64,000 nucleotides of DNA from Carcharhinus amblyrhynchos (GCA_965287045.1 OZ336879.1:50406001-50470000); one strand, 5' to 3'; positions 13,505 through 26,850 are shown, numbered from the stretch's first letter. Notes: generated from the letters alone by a model not told the origin. Translations and numbers: made by a program.

Positions 13505-13775
13505 TGGACATGGTGGTATTTCCACACAAAATGATAGAGGGAATCCTCAATATGAAGATGGAACATGTCCCCACAAGGACTGTGCTGTAGTCATTCCTAC
13601 CAGTCCTGTCATGAACCAGTGCATCTGTGACTAGACTGGTGAGTATGAAGTTAAGTAGCTTTTTCCCTTTTGTTGGTTCCCTCACCAACTGCCTCAGGCA
13701 TAATGTACCAGGTTTGTCCTTTGGATCTTAGTCAACTCAGTCACTAGTGCTGCTAACAAGCCACATTTGGTCATG
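13505..13775 (-). mobile_element. LINE apurinic-endonuclease domain fragment
   Basis: VREPTKGKKLLNFILT...DA.VHD..GRNDY.TVLV resembles the CR1/L2 EN C-terminal motif PTRG.N.LDL.LT...SDH..V. Confidence 0.65.
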
Positions 13776-13864
13776 GGCCTTCTTTGTACTACTGCCTATT
13801 TGCCAGTAGCTTTCTGATACATTTACATGCCTACATACAATAAGGACAGACTTCAGCACTGAGG

Positions 13865-14265
13865 ATCATTTTCTCTCCAGCAGAGAGGCTAAGAGGAAAG
13901 TCAGTGGAACATTTTTTTAAAAAAAAGTTATGAAAAGGGCACAAAAGAGAAGACAATTTCCTTTGTTTGGCAACATGTGATAAAAGGTTATCCACTTAAA
14001 ATGATCACTGAGAATGAGGAGTAAAGTTGTAAGGCACTCTGCTTTGGGGAATGGATTTAACAAAGATCATGGTATTTTTAATGCAACGTGTGATAAAAAA
14101 AAGAGGTAAATTATAAGGCGAAGGTAACTTATAATGATGGAGATTGAATTTGGATTTATAGAGGTGGAGGTAGGAGGGGCACTTATCATTGGAGAGATTG
14201 ACAGAGTGCAATCTCTTCTGCAGTGGAGAAGCATTGGACTGAATGGACTTCTGTAGTTCTGTGTT
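13865..14265 (+). mobile_element. Highly degraded CR1 3' end
   Basis: ttctctccagcagagaggctaagagga... and ...ggactgaatggacttctgt 3' UTR relics. Confidence 0.4.
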
Positions 14266-14599
14266 GTTCAGGGCTTCTCTGCATGCATATGTTTATCAAG
14301 CACGTTTCTTTCCCAGAATCAGTTGCACACACGCCGATCGGTTCAGAGGTGTAAATTGTAAAAGTGATGACATGTTTGCAGTTGGCATTCGTTATTTGTG
14401 ACACAAGTTGTAACGAGTCTGCCGTTTGCAAGATGCAGAAGGGAGTGCACTCTCTCAGTCTATCCAATAATAAGTGTCCCTCCTCCCTCCACCCATTTTA
14501 AAGGCACCGTATCTCTCTGACACACGCCAACTATTATTATCCTTGTTTTCTATTCCCCACCCCGCCCACCCATCTCGCTCCGTAGTAATCTGGTCACAA

Positions 14600-15098
14600 C
14601 ATCAGGGCATTCCGAATGTTCATCCAACATCTATCTACATGGTGTCTGTTCAGCGGTTGTTCTCTCGCTCCTGGTCCACTACGTTTCACACAGGCAACTC
14701 CTAACACTCAACCCCTTCCGAATTTGGCACACGCAATCCTCTCCACGCAATCTGCAAAAAAAGCTAAGCAGCAGGCGCCTTTAACTCTCTCCCCCCATTC
14801 AATCCAACCAGAGGAAGATTCACAGTCTTCAACATGTTGGAAACCCTGGCAATGTTGATTTCTGAATGTCAAACCGAATGTGGCCAGTTCATTGTCCGCG
14901 CGTATTAACGTGTTTAACATAAAGCAGCACTTACATTTGGCTATAAATGGAACAATTTGAGCACGATCTTCGCTGCTGCATTTATTGGTTGCCATGGTGA
15001 AGATTGAATAGTCCTAATCCGACAGCTAACAATCTTCATACGATCTGCTGGATCCGGCCAGATTTATCCAGAGGATCACCTTGAGGAAACCGGTATGT
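14600..15098 (+). promoter_or_regulatory. Candidate GRM5 promoter and non-coding first exon with splice donor CCG|GTATGT (15092/15093)
   Basis: Start of the CpG-retaining domain; repeat-free; TATAAA at 14942, inverted CCAAT (ATTGG) at 14984, RFX X-box-like GTTGCCATGGTGAA at 14988-15001; good donor consensus. Confidence 0.45.
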
Positions 15099-16044
15099 TA
15101 TCTCAAGCTTCTGTCTGTTTAATATTGTTGTCTGTTAACATTCATTCATTATCAGCTTTAAAATATATATAACAACAGACTGGTGCGTTTTTCGTTCAAT
15201 TCAAAGACTGAGGATGTGAAATTCAATGTGAAATGACAAGATCAAAGCTGCACTCTTGTTATGTTGTGGTCGTTGTGTCCACAGCATGCAGTGCCTGTGA
15301 CCATTTGGAAAGTGGCAGTCTAAAGCGCATACCTTTGGTGGGAAGTGGCAGCCCTGATAGAGGGATGGACATTTTCAGGAATGATTTTAGCGCCGCGGGT
15401 AAGAACTCGCACCCAGTGGTCCCTCTGCCAGCCTCCCATTGCTCTCGGTACATGGGGACACGTTTTAATCGCTGCAGCTTTTGTTAGTCACCAGCTTTCG
15501 AAGGGCACTCTCTGTGGCACACATTTCCACAATGATCGCTGTGAATAGTCATTGCGCCGTGAAGGAGGTACCTTGGTAATTGGGAATTGTAACCCTTCAT
15601 TGATGATCTGTTATTGCCCTTGTTCATGCTTGGCCTCATCACTCAATCGAAGGAGTTGTTTCTATGGTTCCAGCTTCCCAATTCAAGAGAGAAATACAGT
15701 TCTTGTCACAAAACCAGTGTTGTCAATAGATGTGCTAGTCGTCCGAAGCGACTATCGCCGACAGACAATGAAACTTGTATTTCAATATTGCAAAGAATAT
15801 TATCCTCTCCACAATCCTATCATTTGTATCCTATCAGCTGCGGTGACTAGGCGATAGCATCAGACTTCGGAACAATACTATTCTAGCCGCAGGAGCATCC
15901 TAGCAAGACAATTTCCCCAACAACAGTGAGAGATATCAGAGTGAACCTTGTATTAGGAACATGGATAAAGTCGGATCATATTGTGGCTCTATCCTGGAGC
16001 TGGTTGTAATCTCCATTCATTTCCTTATTTAACCCAGATTTTAC

Positions 16045-16180
16045 AAACTGAAAGTCACAGATAAAGCTCAGCGAGTTAGGCAGCATCTGTGATGACAGAT
16101 AGTGATACCTGTATTGGTAACTTCCCGCCTTTCTCCAGAAATACTGTCTAACCTGCTGAGGGCTTCCAGCATTTTCTGTC
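16045..16180. mobile_element. Short Penelope-like terminal fragment in inverted (foldback) arrangement
   Basis: ctcagcgagttaggcagcatctgtg facing ccagaaatactgtctaacctgctgag...ccagcattttctg, the same terminus as 9700-9743. Confidence 0.5.
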
Positions 16181-16569
16181 TGTTCACATTCCCAGCATCC
16201 CCCCAGTAAGGTTTTCCTATTCCATTCTGACATAACTGCGATTCTAATGAATTCAGTGGAAAATGAGGGGATGCGTTTTTGTGTGTAAGTCTGTGCGTTG
16301 GGACGTGTCTGCGCTTTTTGTCCGCACGTTCTGTGTGCATCTCCCGCTCTATCTGCGTGTACCTATCTTTACACCTCCGTGTATGCACACCTGTCCCTGG
16401 TTACAATATCTCTATTTATGAACTCAGGCTCGGTCTAGCTGGGTATCTATATGGCAATGTCTCCGTGTGTGTGTACCCGAACATCTGTGTGAGCGAGGTA
16501 GCGTCTGTTCTGCGTGTCTGCCCGTGTTTATATAATCGGTCCTTTTGTCTGAATGTCTCTTTCTAGCTG

Positions 16570-16742
16570 GTGTGTTAATTTCTGCGTGTGTGTGCAAAGT
16601 ATGTGTGCGTATTTGTGTGTGTAAAATGTAAGTTCTTGTTTGTAAAATGTGTTTGTGTGTAAAATGTGTGTAAAAATGTATGTGTGTGTAAAATGTATAT
16701 ATTTGTGTGTGTGTAAAATGTATGTACTTGTGTGTTTGTAAA
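16570..16742. repeat. Degenerate TG-rich microsatellite (gtgtgtgtaaaat-like units)
   Basis: Repeated tgtgtgtaaaatgta motifs. Confidence 0.8.
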
Positions 16743-16816
16743 CATATTGTCACCTGCCAGTCTGCGCTCACCTCCCCTCAACTCAAGTCCCAGCCCCTTC
16801 AATCCGATTTCCATGT

Positions 16817-16915
16817 TGTCACAATACTCATGATGTGGAGATGCCGGCGTTGGACTGGGGTAAACACTGTAAGAAGTCTCGTATTGTCAGACTTCTTACT
16901 GTGTCACAATACTCA
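16817..16915. mobile_element. Penelope-like terminal micro-insertion with 14-bp direct flanking repeat
   Basis: TGTCACAATACTCA at 16817-16830 and 16902-16915 flanks atgatgtggagatgccggcgttggactgggg...gtaagaagtct / agacttcttac inverted ends. Confidence 0.75.
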
Positions 16916-16959
16916 AACAGCCCTTTTCAAAATCAAGTACCATCTCATGTGACTGACAA

Positions 16960-17760
16960 TGCTTGACTGTCTTTCGCATTCTTTTCGATCACGAGGGGCT
17001 GATCAGACTTTGCTCCCCCAAGACCAGTCCTCCATCATCCAACTGGCTCAGACTACCCTCACAGATTTCCGTTTCCATCCACCCCGTCAGAGAGCCACCT
17101 GTAATGGCTTCTCATTCTCCTCCTGTTCTGTTTTCTGACCAGGAAACATCCTTTGCCTCCTATTTTTCTTCTGCATGCTACCCCTCAGCGCTTCTTAAAC
17201 TCGTCAGGTTCCAAAGATACATTGACGTCCCAAGATGCATGTCACCATTCCCTTTAATCCCTAATCTGTCTTTGATTTGTCATTCTGCTGTCCAACATTC
17301 AGTCCTGGATGAACAAAATATTCCTCTAACTAAATATTGGGAAGCCCAAATCCATTGTCTTTGGTCCCCACGACACGTTGTGAGCCCAATCACCAACTTC
17401 ATTCTTCTTCCTGTGTGAGGCTAAACAGACTGTTTGCAACCTCAGTGTCCTAACCCTGTCATGAATTTCCAACTACACATCCGCCCCATTGCCAACAACA
17501 CGTACATCGATTTCTAGAACCTTGTGCATCTTCAAACGTGCCTCAACTAAACATTTCCTCCATGCTTTTGTCACCTCCAATAATTCCCTGACTGGCCTCC
17601 CATTCTGTACACCACATAAAATTGAACTCATCAACAACTCTTGCACTTAATTTCTAACTCGCTTGAAATCCCAGGCACTAATCTGCCCAGTGTTCACTAG
17701 CTACCACTGGCTTCTCGATCTTAAAATATTAGCCTTGTTTTCAATTTGTTTCTTATCTCT
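16960..17760 (+). mobile_element. Old L2-like LINE fragment (probably continuing at ~19130-19268 as the 3' tail)
   Basis: L2-like motifs (tccatgcttttgtcacctcca...ctggcctccc...ccactggct...ttaaaat); tail gtgaaatgctttagga...taaaggc...ataaat...ttgttg. Confidence 0.5.
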
Positions 17761-17762
17761 GC

Positions 17763-18378
17763 AACATAGAACATAGAACATAGAACATTACAGCGCAGAA
17801 CAGGCCCTTCGGCCCACGATGTTGCGCCGACCAGTTACAAAACAATGACCCACTAACCTAAACCAATCCCTTCTCGTCCATAAACCTATCCACGGATCTC
17901 TTAAACGCCCCCAAACTAGGCGCATTTACAACTGCAGCAGGCAGGGCATTCCAATCCCTCACCACCCTCTGGGTAAAGAACCTACCCCTGACATCTGTCC
18001 TATAACTACCACCCCTTAATTTAAAGCCATGCCCCCTCATGCTAGAATTCTCCATCAGAGGAAAAAGGCTATTACTATCCACCCTATCTAAACCTCTAAT
18101 CATCTTATATGTTTCAATAAGATCCCCTCTTAGCCGCCTTCTTTCCAGCGAAAACAACCCCAAATCCCTCAGCCTCTCCTCATAGGACCTCCCCTCCATA
18201 CCAGGCAACATCCTGGTAAACCTCCTCTGCACCCTCTCCAAAGCCTCCACATCCTTCCTGTAATGTGGGGACCAGAACTGCACACAGTACTCCAAGTGCG
18301 GCCGCACCAGAGTTGTGTACAGTTGCAACATGACGCTGCGACTCCTAAATTCAATCCCCCTACCAATAAACGCAACCT
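17763..18378 (-). mobile_element. Young 5'-truncated CR1 LINE, intact ORF2 C-terminus and (CTATGTT)n tail
   Basis: Open frame AFIGRGIEFRSRSVMLQLYTTLVRPHLEYCVQFWSPHYRKDVEALERVQRRFTRMLPG...LFSLERRRLRGDLIETYK...FFTQRVV..WNALP; tandem aacatag tail; CpGs retained. Confidence 0.92.
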
Positions 18379-18483
18379 CTTCTACCCAACAACCGCCCCC
18401 CCCCCCCCCCCCCATCGTCTCTGGGTACCTCCAATTTCTTTTTCATTCATTTGGGGACATGGCCATCACTGCCTGGCCAGCAT

Positions 18484-18790
18484 GTCACACTATCTGTAGC
18501 CCCCACAAGCCTGGGCTTGCAAAATCTCACTAACTGGCCTGGCTGGATACAATACATATCTCTTTAACCTGTGCTTAACCTTCTCTCCACTGACATTGTA
18601 CCTTTAAGACTTGATTACCCGTAAAGACTCGCATTCCAACCATTATTTTGTAAATTGAATTTGTGTCTTTAATGCCCTGTTTGTGAACAGGACTCCCACT
18701 CACCTAATGGAGGAGCAGCGCTCCGAAAGCTTGTGGCTTGTGCTACCAAATAAACCTGTTGGACTTTAACCTGGTGCTATGAGACTTCAT
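18484..18790 (+). mobile_element. Penelope-like terminal repeat insertion (7-bp TSD CCAGCAT) inside a minus-strand LINE/SINE tail
   Basis: CCAGCAT at 18477-18483 and 18791-18797; host tail resumes as ccagcatttattgcccatcc; ends in ccaAATAAAcctgttggactttaacctggtg; mutated hammerhead core at 18701-18735. Confidence 0.8.
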
Positions 18791-20956
18791 CCAGCATTTA
18801 TTGCCCATCCCCAGTTGCATTTTTTGTCCTTCCAGATTGCAAATGGTCTTTCACTGTTGGCTTTACCTTCAGCACCCACCAACAGGCACCCTCTACCAAC
18901 CACCCCCCTCAAAAAAGATGTCATTCACTTTTTTTGATAGCAATTTGTAAAATGACGTTCCAAAACATTTTAAATGGAATACCTCAGAACATGCAATAGA
19001 ACTCAACGTTCCTCTATTGAGTATCTGAGGCACTTCAATGCAATTGCAATCCTTTGAGTATCTATATTCAATGTCAGACATGCAGCCTACCTGAGCTCCA
19101 AGTTCCCCCGCATCTCTACTTTTCTCAGACACTCTTTAGAAACTACCACTTTGACCAATCGTTTGGTGACTTATCCTAATAACTCCTTATGTTAGTCGAA
19201 CCTTAATTACTCTCGCGTGAAATGCTTTAGGATATTCTGTAAAGGCATTACATAAATTCTTGTTGCTAGTACTTATGTGTACATTTGATATGTTTCTGCG
19301 TCTGTCCCCATTTGAGTATTATGTATTTTGTCGCATCAACACTTCTTTACTTGCCTCCTGTAATGAGATGGGTGAGGGTTGTTGATTCGTACATTTTCAC
19401 ACAGCAGGTTACAGGAATAATGACCAGTAATTATAGGGAAAATTGAAGTCAGAACTTAAGCAACAATTAAGCATTTGCAATCTTGAACTATTTTTGCTCT
19501 TAGCTATTTACTTACTATTTAAGTGAGAGGTAGCACCAGATCATTTCGCAGTCAAAGAAGACAACTTTCTTCTTGTGCTTCCGTACATTTATAAAAAAGG
19601 GGATTTGTTTACCGAGGCGGCATTCAACGACGGAATTTGCTAGTTTCTGAATAATTAATCATTCCACCAGGAAAATTGCTTGTCGTAGCTATTCATTATA
19701 CCAAAAACTCAAATCATTAACTCATGTTTTAATAAATATCCTTACTAGAAATTGAGAGCGCAAATATATTTGCTTACAAAGTAATTGCCTGTCATTTCAC
19801 AATTAATATTCACCAGCTATTCTAAAACTCGAGGGGACTGTCCTGTAATCCTACAGGCAGATGCATTGCGGAATATTCGAAAAATGCGAGAAACCACTGT
19901 CATACCAATCTAGACTGTATTTTCCAATCTGAGAACTCGTTATGTATTTCCTGTATGTCAGGAAGACCTTTTTAACACATGGTATGAGAGAGATCGACAC
20001 CAATAAAGTGACTGTGTCGATGTAACTTATGGAGGAGGTGAATAAACAGGTAGGCATGATTACTCTTACAAGCCAGAGGAACAGGGTGGCACAATTTGAA
20101 TAACTCAATACCCAGTGGGCATATCTCTGGGCAGCATCATTACATCGTTTTATCAATCAAGATGAATCGCATCCAACCCTGTCTGAAACTCGTCAAGATT
20201 AGAATCCAAACGGTAACTTTCCCCTGTCCTGCTGGTGTGACCCCATCAAGATCCCGACAGCAATAAATATGGGAAGGAATTTCGTTTTCTTTTTTCAAAT
20301 TAACTTGAATCAAACCAATTCATTTCGAGAATTTGCCTCGCTGTGAACCCAGTCCCAGACGTGAACTTGTATCCTTTAAAACACCAGATGTGTGATTCAA
20401 TATATATGTGGCCGTGCTCAATAGCCCTGCATTCCGTGGAGTAGAGACATTAAGGCTCTCCCTTTATAAGACCTTATCCAGGGAGAACCAAGCAAGCTGT
20501 TGCTATTGACTCTGTAAACCGAGGACACCGAATCATAGCCATCAACCCCACTTCAATGTCGTTTTATTCCCACGTTAAGTCATTGTTTTATTTAGTATTA
20601 CAAGATTCTAAAGAATCAAAATCAGAAAAGGGTAGGCTGCATTTCGGTGTTCCGCAGTTACTTTTTTGTGTCTTTAACTGGATATTCTGCGAAATATACC
20701 TTAAAGGTCACCAAGGCGAAGAGAGAAGTGAGTTGTGTATAGATATAGACATCGTGATAGAGGCAACAACCCCGCATTAACTATTGGATTTGAGTCTTCG
20801 TTAAGAGATCAGTTCACACAAACCAGGAGTGAGATGTGTGATATGCATGTCACGATCTGTGTTTCAAAGCTATAGCACTTATTTAGAGAATGGAAACTGG
20901 TTTCAATTTTACAATACAATGGGTCCGTTAGCGTCAACTGTTTAGTACATCTATCA

Positions 20957-21267
20957 AATCATAGAATCCTGCATTGCAGAAGGAGACCATTAGGCCCATC
21001 GAGTCTGCACCAACCACAATCCTACTCAAGCCCTATCCCCATACCCCCATGCATTTATCCTAGCTGGTCGCCCTGATACCAAGGGGTAATTTAGCATGGC
21101 CAATCCACCTAACCTGCACATGTAGGAGGAAACCGGATCACCCATAGGAAACTCACGCACACAGGGGGAGAAAGTGCAAACTCCACACAGACAGTGGCCC
21201 AAGCCGGGAATCGAACCTGGGTCTCTCATGCTGTGAACCCAGGTCTTTGGCATCACCGTGCCACCCC
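20957..21267 (-). mobile_element. HE1-like V-SINE
   Basis: Reverse complement of the 63330-63657 element: tRNA head, V-domain-like core, CR1-derived tail. Confidence 0.85.
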
Positions 21268-21469
21268 TTCCTCCCAAGTTACATGTGAATGCGACTACTG
21301 ACAAGCTATTTTGTATACAGTGAATATTTAACAACAAATAACGTATAATTATTTTAAAAGTTTTATGAATGTCCTACAAGTTTCTCACCTTGATATTGTA
21401 AAGAAGGAAAGGCCTTCAACTTTCATACTTGACATTACAGACTGCCTGTGTATGACCCTTGCATCTTGG

Positions 21470-23115
21470 TACTGATGCTGAGGCACTGGTGCTGAAATGT
21501 TGGTGCTGAGATGTTGATGTTGAGGTGTTGGAGATGTGGTGTTGGTGCTGTGGTGTTGGTGCTGCAATGTTGGAGCTGTGGTGTTGGAGATGCGATGTTG
21601 GAGATGTGTTGGTGATGCAATGCGGTATTGGTAGTTTGTGGTGTTGGTGATCAAGTGTGGTGTGGTGGTGGTATGGTGTTGTTGGTGTGGCACTTGTGAT
21701 GCGTTGTTGGTGGAGGTGTGGTGTTGGCGGAGGTGTGGTGTTGGCAGAGGTGTGGTGTTGGCAGAGGTGTGGTGTTGGCGGAGGTGTGGTGTTGGCAGAG
21801 GTGTGGTGTTGGCGGAGGTGTGGTGTTGGCAGAGGTGTGGTGTTGGCAGAGGTGCGGTGTTGGCGGAGGTGTGGTGTTGGTGGAGGTGTGGTGTTTGTGG
21901 AGGTGTGGTGTTGGCGGAGGTGTGGTGTTGGCAGAGGTGTGGTGTTGGTGGAGGTGTGGTGTTGGCAGAGGTGTGGTGTTGGCAGAGGTGCGGTGTTGGC
22001 GGAGGTGTGGTGTTGGTGGAGGTGTGGTGTTTGTGGAGGTGTGGTGTTTGTGGAGGTGTGGTGTTGTCGGAGGTGTGGTGTTGGTGGAGGTGTGGTGTTT
22101 GTGGAGGTGTGGTGTTGGGGGAGGTGTGGTGTTGGGGGAGGTGTGGTATTGGAGAAGGTGTGGTGTTGGGGAGGTGTGGTGTTGGCAGAGGTGTGGTATT
22201 AGAAGAGGTGTGTTGGTGGAGATGCGGTGTTGGTGGATGTGTGGTGTTGGTGGCGATGCGGTGTTGGTGGAGGTGCAGTGCTGGTGGAGGTGCGGTGCTG
22301 GTGGAGATACAGTGTTGGTGGTTGCATGGTGTTGCTGGAGGTGTGCTGTTGGTGGCGATGTGGTGTTGGCGGAGATGCGGTGTTGGTGGAGATGAGATGC
22401 AGGTGGAGATGTGGTGCTGGTGGAGACGTGGTGTTGGTAGAGATGTAATGTCAGTGGCGGTGTGGCGTCGGTGGAGATGTGGTATTGGTGGAGGTGTGGT
22501 GTTGGTGGAGATGCGGTGTTGGTAGTTGTGTGGTGTTGTTGCTGGAGGTGTGGTGTTGGTGGTGGTGGTGTGTTGTTGGTGCAGATGCAGTATTGGTGGA
22601 GGTGTGGTATTGGTGGGAATGCGGTGTTGCTGGAGGTGTGGTGGAGGTGCGGTGTCGGTGGAGGTGTGATATTGGTGAAGGTGCGGTGTTGGTAGTGGTA
22701 TGGTATTGGTGGAGATGTGATGTCGGTGGTGGTGTGCTGTTGGGGATGGTGTGGTTTTGGTGATGGTGTGGTGTTGGTAGAGATGTGGTGTTGGTGAAGG
22801 TGTGGTGTTGGTGGAGGTGTGGTGTTGGTGGAGATGTGGTGTTGGTGGTGTTGGTCGTGTGATGTGGTGTTGGTGGTGTGGCACTGATGATGCAATGCCA
22901 TTGATGTAGTGTGGCAATGTGTGGTAATGCAGCACCAATGATGTGGTATCAGTGATGTGGCACTGTTGATCTGAAATGAGTTATATGGCCCTGGTAATGT
23001 CATGCTGGTGATGTGAGACTTGTGGTGATATGGTGCTGGTGGTGTAGTACAGCCGATGTGGCACTAGTGATGTAAAATTAATATGGTGGTGGGACTGGTG
23101 AGGCGGTGCTGGTGC
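21470..23115. repeat. GT-rich minisatellite, 17-bp core GGTGTGGTGTTGG(C/T)(A/G)GA
   Basis: 17-bp period measured (AGGTGTGGTG at 21731 and 21748); homogeneous core ~21710-22200 with degenerate flanks. Confidence 0.95.
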
Positions 23116-25939
23116 TTTCGGGGCTGATGTTAGACTTTTCTCTGTTGTAGTTCATCAGAAGTTTTAAATGGGATTATTTGGAAGCTCATTCAGAATGTTC
23201 GTAATGTGAGTGCTTATGTAGGATGTGTATTTGCACCGCCCAATGGCATTGAGTTGAACTGACAGCCAGCTGAAGTGAGACGATGCCTTGTATCTTTATA
23301 AACTATTCTTTACCCTTTAAGTTACCTTCGTTAAACCTGAAATATATTGCCAGCATCGGTAGATGGCGCCCAAAGTTTAACATTGGCGCAGTTCTCAACT
23401 CCATTACCAGAGTATTTAATTTCAGATCAATTTTCATAATAAAAGAACAAAATAAAGGCGAGCTTCTTCTTCTGTTGATTTATTCCAACCGCGTCTTTTC
23501 ATCTTTATTGAACGGAAATCTAATTAAATCAGAAGTTGTTTTCCATGCATGCATAATACCAATCTCGGTTGATAAATGGCAAACACGATGTTTGGATGTG
23601 TGTTTTTTTTGGAAGTCACTGGTTAAATTCGGGATTATTCGGGTCCTTGACGCATCGTGCAATTACCCAAACCTGATCTGCCAGAGGGATGGTGCGTGAG
23701 GCGGAGAAGGAACACATTTTAAACCCTGTCTCCAATGCCATTGAGAGTACATGCGATTGCAAGAATGATGTTCATTGACATGGTGCGGACAGTTAAGCGG
23801 CAGAATGACACGATGGTGACTGGCGCTCAGGTCGGCTCTGACTCTGCTCCACAAGGTACGTGTCTGCAAAGATTGAGCGCTGTGCGCCCCCTCTAACCCG
23901 ATTCTGAATGTCAACTGCTTCAAAGATTAGCCACACCGGCAGAGAGCTTTGTTTTTTTTATTAAATGATGTGCCGCCAGCTAACACCGAGAAAGCTGGAA
24001 GCAAACCGCAGGGAAAACCATGGCCAGAATGTATTTACCTATCCTTCCTAACCGGGACCGCTATAGATAGACATTAGGAGATGCCATCACTGACTATTCC
24101 GTCTGCCCGAACGCAGAAGCTGTGGGTAAATATTGAATGGTGTATTTGACACTGTGCAGACCTCATGTATGAGAAATCTCACATAGATGGGGTCATATCA
24201 AGTAGTGTGTTTGATTTGAACTAAGCTGCTTTATTTGGTACCGGTGGTGTCATTTTTAATGGAACTGGTTTCATCAGAAAGGACGGGGATTCCAATGTTA
24301 TTTCCCTTTTCTCCAGCCCTATAGTCTCAGCAGCTGCTGGCAATAAGCCACCCGCCCCCATCCACCTTTCACCTCACTTCAGCTTGTACTAATGTTACAT
24401 CTCCAACTCTTCAGTATTTTCACAACTCAATACTCATGGGGGGAAACCGCAGCAGGTAGGTTAATTGTGTAGAAGTGAGCGGCCGGACAGGTATGGTGGT
24501 GGTGGCAGGGAGGGGGGTGGGGGAATGATGTGTAATGCAGCTCTCCGTCTCTCTACCCAAATGACAGGGGAAGCTGTCGCTCCGGGCTTGCTTTCAGAAG
24601 GCTTAGGGGCAATGGTTTAGGGCACACGGCACACTCTTGGGACATTCACGTGAAAGACAAACTGTGAGAGGGACCCCTGCGCACCTTCAGGCAACACAGC
24701 GTGAGGGTCTTTGTACAGTAACAGCAAAACGTCTTCAGAAACTCCCGGAGTATACATGTAAGCGCCGGAACATCAGACGACTAGTAGGTCAAAGGGAACG
24801 ATGGATAAAAGGCAATCGCTGTTCTGTGTTGCCATGAAGGGGCAATGGATCACTAGGACAATCTGGTGTCACCCGTGAGATGAGGCAAAGAGTGTCAAGA
24901 CCACGGGAATTGCACAGTGCTGCCATTCTTTCACCAGTACAGTTCAATCATGTCTCTCTTGGTAGCCTCGTACTGGGATCAAAATTTATGCAACGCTCTC
25001 GAAGAAGTGAACACGTTATGTACAATATATGACTGGTGTGAAGATATTAATTTCTGATTCATTATGCCTTCGAAACCAACATTTGAGTCAACTCGAAGCA
25101 TGTTTTTTAGGAACAGAATTCTATTTTGGAGGAATTCTGGAATATGCAGGATGATCCTGGCTGCAATGTATACGGTGTTTAACCAAAATATTGGTCAAAT
25201 ATAACGTGGTTAGATTAAAAAATAGCAGTAGTAAAGTGGACCTGTCGCGGCCCATGGAACAGGAAAGATTTGAATGGTTCTTCTCCATGTAAATAGTATG
25301 CGCCCAGAATTTAAACTTCTATCAGCTTCTTAAATAACCGCTGTTTTTTATTGCAGTCAACGTCGATAGAAATCAACAACATTGGAAACAAAAGATTAAC
25401 AAAATTATATTAAGTAAAGGTTACAAACACTTGTAATGTCCAATAATAGTCAATAGTGTATTGCCTGTACTGCAATGGTTCGTGTGATCAGGTAATGAGT
25501 TTATAAAGGTTTGGCCAACCTTTTAGCTTTTTTGATGGAACGAAATTATGACTTAACTCATGGGCGGATATAACCAACCACAGAAGCTATAACGTTTCAG
25601 ATTTGGAATGTTTTCCATGTAGGTTTGCTCCATGCGACATATTCACAACCTTTGATCTGTCCAATGAAGCAGAAGTGATACACATTCTGAATGTAGGTGG
25701 ATTGTCAATGTACAGGCTTGTAATGCAAAACAATGTAGATTAATTGTAAATAATTGTGCTGTGGTGGACCCACAGCCTTATCTTGAATCGTATGAATTAT
25801 CTTCAAAACAGGATGCTCTTTGGACATGGTCGATGTTAAAGATTCAACATTTTTGGATTGTCAGAGGGTATGTGGCAGTGTCTAATGGCAGTCAATTCTT
25901 AGGGATATTCTGAATGTTTTTCCTTTTTCTTAATAATAG

Positions 25940-26850
<911 letters not shown>

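Noticed and set aside
18868-18890. REST/RE1-like site TTCAGCACC...
   Set aside because: Only the left half-site matches; the GGACAG half is absent and it lies in probable L2 debris.
21385-23003. Long ORFs (517, 450, 295 aa; His/Thr/Pro- or Val/Trp/Cys-rich)
   Set aside because: By-products of a 17-bp minisatellite that lacks stop codons; open in several frames on both strands with no domain structure.
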